A program made the translations under genes and the position numbers. From IMG/VR virus record IMGVR_UViG_3300010356_002264: DNA of 64,000 bases; one strand, 5' to 3'. The stretch is from a virus. Its lineage: Duplodnaviria; Caudoviricetes. Positions 50,799 to 60,813 of the stretch are shown one piece after another. Below the pieces are notes generated by a model. That model saw only the letters and a program-made list of their open reading frames with translations. It ran no database searches and had not been told where the DNA came from. Positions within the stretch are counted from its first letter, which is position 1, and the number at the start of each line of letters is the position of its first letter.

Positions 50799-51386
50799 CT
50801 ACAGGGCGAGGAAGCCGGTCGTCATGCGCTCCAGGTCCAGGTGGAGGCCGAGCGGGGGGACCGGGGCCTGCCAGGAGGCCGCGAGGTCGGCCGCGCCGCG
50901 CTTGCGGGGGTCGACGCGGAGCGCGAGGGCGAGCTTGTGGCGCAGCGCGTGGAGGGCGGCGTAGTCGGAGGGGCCGGACCCGTACTCCCCGAGGGCCGTC
51001 AGGGTGACGCGCCGGCCCTCCACGGAGCGGGTGAGGGCGAGCGGGACGGGGAAGAAGCGCGGGATCCCGGCGGGGACCAGGGAGCGGAGGTGGATCTTGT
51101 CGGTGCGGCCGGTCACCAGCAGCCCGGTGCTCGACGCCCAGCCGGCGGACCCCACGGTGAACCGCTCCACGACGTGCAGCAGGACGACCCGGCGGGCGAA
51201 GTCGTCGAGGAGGTGGTGCGCCGGGGCGTAGTCGCCCACGCCGAGCAGGCGCACCAGGACGCTCCGCTGGCCGAAGCGCACCGCCTCGAAGCGGACGCCG
51301 GGCGCAAGGGGCTGGGGTTCGCGGCGCTGGTGCTCGTCGGGGAGCAGGTCCTCCAGGTGGGAGGTGACGCTGCGGAGCAGGCTCAT
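50799..51386 (-). CDS. hypothetical protein
   Basis: AAGGAG SD and ATGA overlap. Confidence 0.55.
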   Translation of the reverse strand: MSLLRSVTSHLEDLLPDEHQRREPQPLAPGVRFEAVRFGQRSVLVRLLGVGDYAPAHHLLDDFARRVVLLHVVERFTVGSAGWASSTGLLVTGRTDKIHLRSLVPAGIPRFFPVPLALTRSVEGRRVTLTALGEYGSGPSDYAALHALRHKLALALRVDPRKRGAADLAASWQAPVPPLGLHLDLERMTTGFLAL

Positions 51387-51622
51387 GGGGACTCCTTGGG
51401 TCTACCGGAGGGGACCAGGCGCGGGAGCTCCTGGCAGTAGCGTGCGATCGCCAAACACTGCGGGCAGTCGGGGGTGCGGCGCGAGGGGACCCCGCGGGGT
51501 CGCTTGCACCAGTCGGTGATCCCGCAGAGGGTGACCGCGTCTGCGCCGGGGTAGGGGGCGATGTGGACCATCACCCTCCCGTCGTGGGGGTCGGTCTCGA
51601 CGACCGTCTCAAGCCGACGCAT
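51383..51622 (-). CDS. small Cys/His-rich protein
   Basis: H..TLCG..CPQC. Confidence 0.55.
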   Translation of the reverse strand: MRRLETVVETDPHDGRVMVHIAPYPGADAVTLCGITDWCKRPRGVPSRRTPDCPQCLAIARYCQELPRLVPSGRPKESP

Positions 51623-51854
51623 CGGGCACTTTGGGGAGGAAGGGGGCCGCGGCCTGCTCGGCGGCGAGCGCCGCCTGGAGGACGTCGGGGGCGGTGCCGC
51701 CCGCGAGGCGCTTGTGCCCGTCCCAGACGGTCCAGGCGGGGTCGCGGTCCTCGCAGGTGGTGACCTGGAGGTACAGGTGCTGGGCGCGCGCCGACCACCA
51801 GGGCTGGATGTCCTGCTGCTGGGTCCATCCTTCAGGGAGCTTTGGAGTCTTCAT
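51609..51854 (-). CDS. hypothetical protein
   Basis: CAGCTC at -36 and CGACTA at -12. Confidence 0.65.
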   Translation of the reverse strand: MKTPKLPEGWTQQQDIQPWWSARAQHLYLQVTTCEDRDPAWTVWDGHKRLAGGTAPDVLQAALAAEQAAAPFLPKVPDASA

Positions 51855-52404
51855 GAGGGGTAGTCGAGGTGGCGGACGAGACCGGAGCTGACCGCTCGGC
51901 CGCGCGCAGGAGCGCGCGGGTCGCGAGCGTGAGGGCCAGGGTGTCCTGGGTGTAGAGGACCTCGCCGCCCCGCCACAGGGAGGCGGCGTACGCCGTGGGG
52001 GCCTTGAGGTCGTCGCAGCGCACCACCTGGAGGTACAGGTCCCCCACCTCGCGCGAGTAGACGCCGACGTTCTCCGTCCAGCCGGCCGGGACGGGGGGAC
52101 GGTCCTCCTCGCGGCGGTCCACGACCATGCGGATCCCCGCGACCGTGGACCGGTCGTCGCACAGGCGGAGGCCGTTGTCCGCGAGGAACTCGGCCGCTCG
52201 CGCCCTGGCGAGGTCGAAGTACTCGTCGTGCAGGCACTGCCCGAAGCCGTCGAGCGGCAGGAGGCGGTTCTCCTCGCGGAGGGAGGACCCCTCGCCCCAG
52301 AAGTCCAGGGTGAGGACGAAGGTGAGCCGGTAGGTCGTGTCCCCGACCACGAGCGGCGCGAGGACCGGGTCGGGGAGCCGGCGGGGAAAGTCCTTGACGC
52401 CCAT
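51832..52404 (-). CDS. hypothetical protein
   Basis: TGATG coupling. Confidence 0.55.
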   Translation of the reverse strand: MGVKDFPRRLPDPVLAPLVVGDTTYRLTFVLTLDFWGEGSSLREENRLLPLDGFGQCLHDEYFDLARARAAEFLADNGLRLCDDRSTVAGIRMVVDRREEDRPPVPAGWTENVGVYSREVGDLYLQVVRCDDLKAPTAYAASLWRGGEVLYTQDTLALTLATRALLRAAERSAPVSSATSTTPHEDSKAP

Positions 52405-52781
52405 CAGGCGCGCGGTGCCTCCTTGGCACCCGCGGCGATCACCATCCGGGCGAGCTCCCCGAAGGGGCGCGGCTCCGCGAGGTCGAAGCAGGCGTCGGCG
52501 GCGGCGAGGACCTGGGGGTCCACGGCGATCCGCTGCGCGCGCGCGAGGCTCCCCCGGATGGCCTCGCCGACCAGGAGCGCTCGGGTGAGGTCGTCGCCCG
52601 AGTAGGCCGCCACGGTGCAGACGACGCGCACCTGCGAGGCGGGCAGGAAGTGGACGGACGCGCGCGCGAGCTCTTGGCTCGCTCCGTCGTAGAGGGCGAT
52701 GACGGCGACGTTTCGGCCGCACACGTCCATCTGGTAGGTGATGAGGGGGGAGTCAGTATCGGGGAAGTCAACGACACTCAT
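52404..52781 (-). CDS. hypothetical protein
   Basis: CAGCTC at -36 and CGACTA at -12. Confidence 0.65.
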   Translation of the reverse strand: MSVVDFPDTDSPLITYQMDVCGRNVAVIALYDGASQELARASVHFLPASQVRVVCTVAAYSGDDLTRALLVGEAIRGSLARAQRIAVDPQVLAAADACFDLAEPRPFGELARMVIAAGAKEAPRA

Positions 52782-52831
52782 GCGGAGTAGTCGATACTTG
52801 TCCGCCTACAGGAGCTGACGGCCCGCGCCAG

Positions 52832-53656
52832 CTACGCGCGTTTCTGCCTCGCGGGAGCTTTGCGCTCGCGCGGGAACACGTACAGGTGGGGGATGCAGCT
52901 AAGTCCCTGGTACGTGCGGCGCACGGCGAACTTGCTCGCCAGGTGCTTCTCGTAGCGGTCGAGGACGTTCTCATCGTGGTTGTGGACCCCGCAGTGGGCC
53001 ACTTCGATACCGAGGCTCCCACGCTTGCGCACGTAGAACCCGTGACCCGTGGGTTGGAGGTCGTTGGTCGCGTTGTTCGCTGGGGGAAACACCTTGCGCA
53101 TGTGGTCGTAGACCTTGGGGACGTCGACGGACCGGAACCAGGAGTTTAGGTTCCCCTCGGCCACGCCGGGAGGAGCCTTGAACTCGTGCCGAGGCCCGAT
53201 GGCGGACACGTCGTCTACGAGTCGAACATCCACACGACCCTTGCAGCGGGGGCAGTAGACCACGTAGCCCGCCTGATAGATGCCGTCGGAGGGGCCCACG
53301 ATGCCGGGCTTCCAGTCCTTGGCGTTGACCTGGAAGAGCGCCTCGCAGTTCGTGCAGGCGATGAGGTCCCCGAAGTGCGCCGAGGGGGCCTTCGACTTGC
53401 CTGCCATGTACCGGACGCGCGACGCGACTCGACGCGCCTCCAGGGTGACAGCCCGTAGGAGGCTGGAGGTCATGAGCGTGCAGGCGTCCGACACGTTACG
53501 AAGCGGCGGGCAGTCGACCTGGATCTCAGGCTTGTGGGGGTCGTTGAACCGTACGGTAGCGGTGGGGCGCACGATGGGGTCTCGGTCGAACCTCACGGTG
53601 GCCTGCACCTGAGCGATGTCGGGGCCTACCAGCATGCAGAAGAGGATCTTGTTCAT
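52832..53656 (-). CDS. hypothetical protein with a Zn-ribbon
   Basis: CTNC...CPRC. Confidence 0.6.
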   Translation of the reverse strand: MNKILFCMLVGPDIAQVQATVRFDRDPIVRPTATVRFNDPHKPEIQVDCPPLRNVSDACTLMTSSLLRAVTLEARRVASRVRYMAGKSKAPSAHFGDLIACTNCEALFQVNAKDWKPGIVGPSDGIYQAGYVVYCPRCKGRVDVRLVDDVSAIGPRHEFKAPPGVAEGNLNSWFRSVDVPKVYDHMRKVFPPANNATNDLQPTGHGFYVRKRGSLGIEVAHCGVHNHDENVLDRYEKHLASKFAVRRTYQGLSCIPHLYVFPRERKAPARQKRA

Positions 53657-53922
53657 GGGGTCCCTTGGGGGCGTCGCGGACAGGTCTGCATGAGGTGCGC
53701 GTGTCGCGCCTCTGGTCCCTTGTTTCCGCGCATCGAGACGGACGCCGAGCAGTAGGGGCAGACCCCAGCGGAGAGCGACTTGGGCTCGGCCGCGAAGTAC
53801 GGCATCCCGAACGGCTCGTGGTTGGGGTTCTCGTTGCACGCCTGGTACCACGGGTGGCCCGCCTGGTGGTACGCGCAGCAGGCGGGATGGTTTGGATGAG
53901 GACGGTCTTTTTGGGCGGACAT
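53653..53922 (-). CDS. small Cys/His-rich protein
   Basis: CPYC...HLMQTC; TAATG coupling. Confidence 0.55.
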   Translation of the reverse strand: MSAQKDRPHPNHPACCAYHQAGHPWYQACNENPNHEPFGMPYFAAEPKSLSAGVCPYCSASVSMRGNKGPEARHAHLMQTCPRRPQGTP

Positions 53923-54722
53923 TAGGTGTTCCCTCCGACCCACTCGCCGGCCTCGTTCCACTCGCCGGGGTGGTGCGCTAGTTGCTGTATCGTCGACACG
54001 GCCACGCGGTCGATCGACCCGAGGATGACCTGCTTGCCATAGGGCTTGCCGCCCACACGAAACTCCCCGTTCTTGTGGTCGAACGACAAGAGCGACCGCG
54101 AGGTCTCCTCGTCGGTTCGGCAGAGCTCCCGGAGCATGAAGTTGATCAGCAGCTTCTCTCGAAGCTCGCTGTACCTGTAGCCTTCCTCCGTCGAGGTGAC
54201 CACCTCGCGGACCTTGCATAGTTCGGACAGCAGCGTGCGGAGGTACGAGGGGTCGGTGAACGCGCTCGCGTACCCCTTGGCCCCACGTACCTCCTCGTGG
54301 TTAGCGGAGGTATGCGCCATCGCCAGGAGCCGCAGCGTCCGTTCCCACCGAGGGGTTCCGACCGGAGGGCTGACCAAGCAGCGCGGGCTGAACGACGTTC
54401 CCGTGACGTAGCACTCTCCCACCACGGAGATCGCGTGGGCCATGACGGTCCAGTCGTAGCGCAGTCCGGCGAGGAGGACTGTGTTGGGGTCACAAGCGGT
54501 GACCACCAGCGTGGAAGGAAATGTGCTCTCGGGCGACACCGGCAGGCCGAGGAACGGTGCCAGGCGGTTGAGCACGGATGTGCGCAGTACGACGGCGGCA
54601 TCCTCGACGCCGTCCAGCGCGCGGTAGATGCGGTAGAGGTTCAGCAGGTCCGCACGCTTGTCCTCATCAGGCTTCGAGGTCGTGTTGAGGTGGAGGGCTT
54701 GAATCCAGGATGGCCGGTTCAT
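53922..54722 (-). CDS. hypothetical protein
   Basis: CAGCTC at -36 and CGACTA at -12. Confidence 0.65.
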   Translation of the reverse strand: MNRPSWIQALHLNTTSKPDEDKRADLLNLYRIYRALDGVEDAAVVLRTSVLNRLAPFLGLPVSPESTFPSTLVVTACDPNTVLLAGLRYDWTVMAHAISVVGECYVTGTSFSPRCLVSPPVGTPRWERTLRLLAMAHTSANHEEVRGAKGYASAFTDPSYLRTLLSELCKVREVVTSTEEGYRYSELREKLLINFMLRELCRTDEETSRSLLSFDHKNGEFRVGGKPYGKQVILGSIDRVAVSTIQQLAHHPGEWNEAGEWVGGNT

Positions 54723-54774
54723 GCCGCCTAGTCGCGTGGACACCAAAGACCGGAGCTGAAGGGTATGTATCGAC

Positions 54775-55704
54775 ATGCGGATCGCGGCCATCGACTGCGG
54801 CACCAACACCATCCACCTGATCGTCGCTGACCGAACTCCCGAGGGGACGAGCATCCTGGAGCACCAGGTCGCGACCCCTCGGCTCGGCCGGGGCCTCGCT
54901 CAGACGGGGGTCATCGACTCCCACGCGGCCGAGGCCGCGCTGCGCGCGCTGCACGCCTTCCACGACCGCGCGGTGGAGCTCGGGGCTGAGCGCCTCGTGG
55001 GCGTCGGGACAGAGGCGCTGCGAAGCGCGCGCAACGCCGAGGACCTCCTTGAGTGCGTGTGGGCGCTCGGCATCCCGCTGCGCATCATCACCGGGGAGGA
55101 GGAGGCGCGCCTCTCCTTCATCGCGGCCTGTCACGCGGCGGGCATTGAGACGGAGGTGACCCTCATCGACCTGGGGGGAGGTTCGACGGAGGTCGTCATC
55201 GGGTCCAAGGGTCGTCCCACCGATTGGGCGAGCTTGCCCTTCGGCTCCACGACGCTCACCGACAGGTTCGCCGAGTCGGGTGACCTGGTGGGCGACGTGC
55301 GCGCAGCCGTTGGTAAGGCGATCGCCACGGCTCCTGAGCCGCGAGGGTCGGTCGTCTTGACGGGAGGGACGGCGAACGCGGTAGTAGGCGCCGTGGTGGC
55401 CGACGCGCGCAGGAAGGCTTCCGAGCAGGACCTGACCCACCCAAGCGGGGTCGTTCAGTGCCCCGCCAGGGCCTTCCTGGCCCTGGTGGAAGCTACCATT
55501 GGCCGGAAGGAGGAGGAGCTCGCCGCGCTGCCCTGGGTGGGACCTGAGCGCGCCAAGGTGCTCCGGGCCGGCGCGATCGCGCTCGACGTCCTCGTTGATC
55601 GCCCAACCGTCAAGCAGGTCGTGGTGACACCCCACGGGCTCTGCTGGGGGTTGATCCTCGACACGGAGTTCGGCCCGGAGGCCGCTGGGACGGGTCTCGT
55701 ATGA
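54775..55704 (+). CDS. ppx: Ppx/GppA exopolyphosphatase / pppGpp phosphohydrolase
   Basis: AAIDCGTNTIHL, RLGRGL, GTEALRSARN, IITGEEEARL, IDLGGGSTE, GL.WG. Confidence 0.9.
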   Translation: MRIAAIDCGTNTIHLIVADRTPEGTSILEHQVATPRLGRGLAQTGVIDSHAAEAALRALHAFHDRAVELGAERLVGVGTEALRSARNAEDLLECVWALGIPLRIITGEEEARLSFIAACHAAGIETEVTLIDLGGGSTEVVIGSKGRPTDWASLPFGSTTLTDRFAESGDLVGDVRAAVGKAIATAPEPRGSVVLTGGTANAVVGAVVADARRKASEQDLTHPSGVVQCPARAFLALVEATIGRKEEELAALPWVGPERAKVLRAGAIALDVLVDRPTVKQVVVTPHGLCWGLILDTEFGPEAAGTGLV

Positions 55705-55945
55705 CGGCGCGTAGCTCGTCGAGGCGAACCTTGAGCAAGGACGGAGTCTTGACCGAGGACGGGGTGCCCGCGAGGATCGCGTAGCGTGTCTCCGCGCGGA
55801 GTGCTCGCTCCTCGTTAATGAGCCCCTCCTGGGCCGCTACGCAGAGGTGGTCGAAGCACAGGGGGTAGGTGTCCTTCTTGTGTGTGAGGGTCGTGACGAC
55901 CGGCTCCGAACAGGGGACGTACGCGCACCTGGGAGGATTGTCCAT
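55610..55945 (-). CDS. hypothetical Cys-rich protein
   Basis: CAGCTC at -36. Confidence 0.55.
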   Translation of the reverse strand: MDNPPRCAYVPCSEPVVTTLTHKKDTYPLCFDHLCVAAQEGLINEERALRAETRYAILAGTPSSVKTPSLLKVRLDELRAVIRDPSQRPPGRTPCRGSTPSRARGVSPRPA

Positions 55946-55975
55946 GCGCCTTCCTGGGTTGTTCGTCACGGTCCG

Positions 55976-55990
55976 GAGCTGACTCAGCTC
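55976..55990. promoter_or_regulatory. back-to-back CAGCTC promoter pair
   Basis: GAGCTG-ACT-CAGCTC; each copy is 36 nt from its ATG (55945-, 56021+). Confidence 0.8.
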
Positions 55991-56020
55991 CAAAGACCTT
56001 TTACTCATCGACTACAAGAC

Positions 56021-56941
56021 ATGTGCTTCCAGACCACGCCCTCCCTGGGCAGCTACATCGAGCTGTACGACCCGCTGTACCACCCTGTCGATGGGCGACC
56101 TCCCTTGATCGTCGCGTACGGGATGGGGGTTGACTCGACCGCCATGCTCGTCGAGCTGGTGAACCTGTCGATCCGACCCGACCTGATACTCTTTGCAGAT
56201 ACCGGGGACGAGAAGCCGGAGACCTACGCCTACCTGGCGATCATCAACGCCTTCCTGCGCGCGAACGGCTACCCAGAGGTCATCGTGGTGCGTCGCTCTC
56301 CGACGACCTCTCGCAAGAGCGGGATGGTGTACAGGACACTCGGGGAGAACTGCGTGGCCAACGCGACGCTCCCCTCGCTGGCGTTCGGTCGCAAGGGGTG
56401 CTCGCAGAAGTGGAAGCGTGAGCCGCAGGATAAGCACGTCAACGGTTGGGCTCCGGCGCGCGCGGCCTGGAAGCGTGGGCAGAAGGTCGTCAAGCTCATC
56501 GGCTACGACGCCGGGCCCAAGGACGCGCGTCGCAGCAAGATCGCCGACGACGCCAAGTACACCTACCTCTATCCACTGCGCGAGTGGGGGTGGGACCGAG
56601 AGCGGTGCGAGCGAGAGATCGCGCGCGCCGGCCTGCCGGTGCCCCCGAAGTCGGCCTGCGTGTTCTGCCCGGCCACCAAGCCCGAGGAGCTAGAGGAGAT
56701 GATCCGTCGAGACGTGCAGGTCGCCTACAAGATCATCCAGATGGAGGCGGTGGCGGCTCCGGGGCTAAAGAACATCGACGGCCTGTGGCGCAAGGCAACC
56801 AAGAAGCGGCCCGGCGCGATGACCCCCTACGTGCGAGAGGTACTCCAGCGGATCGCCGACGAGAAGGGGCGCGGCGTCGTGCGGTCCCCTGCGCTGCGGG
56901 TCCTGCGGGAGGACGACGCGAGCACAACCCCCTGCGGGTAG
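56021..56941 (+). CDS. PAPS-reductase-like (PP-loop) protein
   Basis: AYGMGVDSTAML, FADTGDEKPETY, CSQKWK, YPLREWGW, KSACVFCP. Confidence 0.8.
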   Translation: MCFQTTPSLGSYIELYDPLYHPVDGRPPLIVAYGMGVDSTAMLVELVNLSIRPDLILFADTGDEKPETYAYLAIINAFLRANGYPEVIVVRRSPTTSRKSGMVYRTLGENCVANATLPSLAFGRKGCSQKWKREPQDKHVNGWAPARAAWKRGQKVVKLIGYDAGPKDARRSKIADDAKYTYLYPLREWGWDRERCEREIARAGLPVPPKSACVFCPATKPEELEEMIRRDVQVAYKIIQMEAVAAPGLKNIDGLWRKATKKRPGAMTPYVREVLQRIADEKGRGVVRSPALRVLREDDASTTPCG

Positions 56942-56953
56942 GTTGACGAAATA

Positions 56954-57349
56954 ATGCCCAAGCCCACGAAGCACCCCTGGCGCGACCTGGCCCGAGCGGC
57001 CCGGCGCGTGGCATGTGAGGAGTCATCCCCTCGGACATTCAGACGCCGCGTCCTGAAGCTCATCGCGGAGATCGAACGGTCGGAAGTCCTGCTCCAGCAA
57101 GGTCGGAATCGACCGAGTCCCAGCGCCCTGCACTGCCCCTGTTGTGGAGCGAAGCTCCAGCCTGTTTCTCCGCAGGACCCATACTGGGGAGACTTCTGTG
57201 AGGGCTATCGACGAGAAAACGGTACTGAGTGGTACCTCTGTCCCTCGAAGAGATGCACGTACCACGACGCCCCGCTAGTCCTCTTCAACTCCTATCATGG
57301 GTGGAACCATCCGGCCGGCGACAACTGGGCGATAGGCTGGGTGAAGTAG
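56954..57349 (+). CDS. hypothetical Zn-binding protein
   Basis: CPCC...CPSKRC. Confidence 0.55.
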   Translation: MPKPTKHPWRDLARAARRVACEESSPRTFRRRVLKLIAEIERSEVLLQQGRNRPSPSALHCPCCGAKLQPVSPQDPYWGDFCEGYRRENGTEWYLCPSKRCTYHDAPLVLFNSYHGWNHPAGDNWAIGWVK

Positions 57350-57387
57350 CTCAGCTCCAACCACCTCCCTTTCATCCCTATCCCTGC

Positions 57388-57720
57388 ATGGGAACACAGT
57401 TCATCCTGGGTGAGGTCGTCCCGCGCGCGAAGGCCGTGCGGTGCGCGGAGCTCGCCACGAAGTTCAACCAGGCGACCCCTGGGTCCGAGGTCCTCATGCG
57501 CAGCGTCGACGGGCACCTGCTCGTCGGGTTCCACGTGGGCTGGTCGGAGGACAAGAAGGTCGCGTCCCCCCTCGATCGATACGACGTCATGCCCCGCTGG
57601 GAGGCGCTTCGCAAGTACCTCAAGGAAAACGGACTCGACCCTGGCGTCGGTCGCGACATGACATTCGAGTGCGAGAGGGAGAACAAGATCCCAGCGCTCG
57701 ACACGGAGACCCCCGCATGA
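57388..57720 (+). CDS. hypothetical protein
   Basis: CAGCTC at -36. Confidence 0.65.
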   Translation: MGTQFILGEVVPRAKAVRCAELATKFNQATPGSEVLMRSVDGHLLVGFHVGWSEDKKVASPLDRYDVMPRWEALRKYLKENGLDPGVGRDMTFECERENKIPALDTETPA

Positions 57721-58058
57721 GCACGCACGTCTACTTCGGCTGCATCCTCGCGTCCAACCAGCGCAAGGTCTTCAACCTGCACGACCTCCCCCTGGGGTTC
57801 CAGGCGCTGCATCCCGGACCCCATGTGGTGGCTTCCACGCCTCAAAACGAGGCCGACGGACCTGCGTGGGTGGGGGTCGAGGCGCAGGGCCTCCCAGCAG
57901 GGCCGGTCCCGCTGGCGAGCCTGTCGGTGCGTTCCTTCCGGTACAGGGACACCGTGGAGCGGTGGCACGCGTTCTGCGAGTTCGTCAGGGCGGCGACCGG
58001 CCTGGACCTTGGGGAAGGTGAGCTCCTGCTCACCTACCTCGACACCGACGAGGACTAG
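57717..58058 (+). CDS. hypothetical protein
   Basis: GGAG SD and ATGA overlap. Confidence 0.6.
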   Translation: MSTHVYFGCILASNQRKVFNLHDLPLGFQALHPGPHVVASTPQNEADGPAWVGVEAQGLPAGPVPLASLSVRSFRYRDTVERWHAFCEFVRAATGLDLGEGELLLTYLDTDED

Positions 58059-58867
58059 CGCGACCCCTCGACGTACTTCTGCACGATCTCCCGCCACTCG
58101 TTACGGTAGCGCTCGAGGGTCGCGGCGATTATCCCGGCGACGTCGAAGCGCCGCTTCGTCTCCAGGTTGTCGCGGGACAATATGCGAGCTTGATCGCCGA
58201 GGTCGTCGAGCAGGTAGGCTGTCTTCGCGTCCACCGACTCCGCCTTGAGCTTCTCCAGGGCCGCCGTGGTCCAGACGATCTCCCGACCCCACTGTATGAG
58301 GTTCTGGGCGTACTTCTCGCCCGCCGCGATGTGCTTGAGGAAGTTCTGCGTGTATCCCGCAACGTCGTCCGAGGAGGCGATGCGCACGACGGGGACCGCT
58401 ACTCCCTCCAGGTGGGCGCGCAGCATCCAGAGGCGCTTGTCGAGCGAGCGGGACACCTCGATGTAGAGGTCGGCGGTGTCCTGGTCCCCCAGGTCAATCG
58501 ACCGGATGATGTCCTCGCGCGCGCGGTTGGACACCAGCGCCACCCGCTCGGCGAGCGCTTGCACGTGGGCGAGACCATCGAGGAGGTTCGGTGGGTAGGG
58601 CGGAAGCCCCGCCCCTGCGGCGGCCTGCTCCAGGGTGCCGCCGGCCAACGCGCCAAGCTGCACGGCGCGCTCCGCGACGTCGTCCGCGTGGTTGCGCACC
58701 TCGCCAGCCAGGTCGTCAAAGAGCCCGTGGAGCGCCTGGAACTGAGGCCCTTTGACGTTCCAGTGGGCCTGCTTGGCGGCCAGCATAAGGGCCGTGAGGT
58801 CAGCGAGGGTCTTGTTGAGGACCACACCGAGGAGGATGCGGTTCGGGGTGGGGAGGTTGATCTGCAC
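58055..58867 (-). CDS. dps: Dps (DNA-protecting ferritin-like) protein with ~105-aa C-terminal extension
   Basis: KQAHWNVKGPQFQALHGLFD, DDVAERAVQLG, DQDTADLY, LDKRLWML. Confidence 0.9.
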   Translation of the reverse strand: MQINLPTPNRILLGVVLNKTLADLTALMLAAKQAHWNVKGPQFQALHGLFDDLAGEVRNHADDVAERAVQLGALAGGTLEQAAAGAGLPPYPPNLLDGLAHVQALAERVALVSNRAREDIIRSIDLGDQDTADLYIEVSRSLDKRLWMLRAHLEGVAVPVVRIASSDDVAGYTQNFLKHIAAGEKYAQNLIQWGREIVWTTAALEKLKAESVDAKTAYLLDDLGDQARILSRDNLETKRRFDVAGIIAATLERYRNEWREIVQKYVEGSR

Positions 58868-58919
58868 GCTACAGCTCCGATGATAGAGGATACCTCGCGC
58901 TCCCCGTACTGGAGGATCC

Positions 58920-60269
58920 ATGACCTGGGAGTGCCACGGCTGCGGCGAGCAGCACCCGAACATCCCCGACGCCTGTAGGGCGTGCGGAACGAAGCCCGAG
59001 ATCGTCGAGAACGTGTGGCGGTGCCGGTACTGCTCGACGGCGGGCATCCCGGCGGGCAAGCCGCGCTGCACGACCTGCGGGAAGGAGCGCGAGGCGGAGT
59101 CTGACTTCGCGGTCGACCCCTCCCGGGTCCTCGACGTTGAGGTGGGGCGCAAGCTCGCGGAGGGCACGCTCGTCAAGTGCGCCTACTGCGAGGACCTCAT
59201 CGAGCCGTTCGACGCGGCGGGCAACCCGCGGAAGTCCTGCGACACCTGCGGGGCCTCTCGTGGAGAGGCCAAGGCCGCGGCCGTGGAGCAGACGATCCCG
59301 GCGGATCAGGCAGGGACGTACCGCCCGATGCAGTACGCCGCCTCACCGCCCGCCCAGTCCCCGCACCCAGGTACTCCCGCCCAGTCGTGGCAGGAGGCCA
59401 ACGCGCTAGCCGACGAGCACGAAGATCCCCCTGGCGGGGTCTTCGCCTCGCCGGGAGCCTTCGACTACAAGCGGGCCGCGATCCTCGGTGGGGTTGGTCT
59501 TGGGGGCCTCGTCCTGCTGTTGTGGCTCGGGGGGCTCCTCGTGCAGGCGTTCCGCGCCTACCCGGTCGACGCGACGGTCACCGCCAAGCGATGGGAGCGA
59601 TCGATCGCCGTCGAGCGCCACGTCATCCTGCACGAATCCGGGTGGATCGGGCAGAAGCCTATCGAGGCGTGGGACGTGTCCTGCGCGACGAGGCAGAACG
59701 GGAACCGCCGGATCTCCGACGGGTGGGTCCCTGTCCCCACTGTGAAGTGGTTCGCCTGTGACCACCAGGAGTCCTACTCCGCCCGAGAGCCCTACATGGT
59801 CAGGGGGCAGAAGTACTGCGCCAGCTTCGCCTACAAGTCCAAGGGCAAGGTGTCGGTCAAGGAGTGCGCGGACTGGCGGACCCCTACCTCGACCGCGTAC
59901 CGCACCGTCACCAAGCAGAGGTGCGTGGGAGCCAACCGCACCGTCATCGAGTCGGTCGAGCGGTACCACTTCGAGCCCATCTGGGACCAGTACTGTAGCT
60001 GGACCGCCGATGGGGGTTGGAGGTACGCCCGCGCTCTCACAGCTTCAGGCGGCGCGCAGGACCCCCCGCGCTGGCCCGAGGTCCAGGGCCTCTCTGCGGA
60101 TGAGCGGACGTCCACGCGCACCGAGAGCTACAGCGTCGAGGTCAGCGGGGGCAAGATCGACCCGTTCCAGCGCATCCTGCTACCCGAGGTCGTGTGGCGG
60201 GAGCGGCACGTAGGCAGCACCCTGCGAGTGTGGGCTCGTCGGGGTAGCGTAATAAGCTCCAGCTACTGA
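58920..60269 (+). CDS. multi-Zn-ribbon membrane protein
   Basis: Repeated W-x-C-x2-C...C-x2-CG units, one TM, Cys-rich external domain. Confidence 0.75.
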   Translation: MTWECHGCGEQHPNIPDACRACGTKPEIVENVWRCRYCSTAGIPAGKPRCTTCGKEREAESDFAVDPSRVLDVEVGRKLAEGTLVKCAYCEDLIEPFDAAGNPRKSCDTCGASRGEAKAAAVEQTIPADQAGTYRPMQYAASPPAQSPHPGTPAQSWQEANALADEHEDPPGGVFASPGAFDYKRAAILGGVGLGGLVLLLWLGGLLVQAFRAYPVDATVTAKRWERSIAVERHVILHESGWIGQKPIEAWDVSCATRQNGNRRISDGWVPVPTVKWFACDHQESYSAREPYMVRGQKYCASFAYKSKGKVSVKECADWRTPTSTAYRTVTKQRCVGANRTVIESVERYHFEPIWDQYCSWTADGGWRYARALTASGGAQDPPRWPEVQGLSADERTSTRTESYSVEVSGGKIDPFQRILLPEVVWRERHVGSTLRVWARRGSVISSSY

Positions 60270-60279
60270 GGAGGTCACG

Positions 60280-60813
<534 letters not shown>

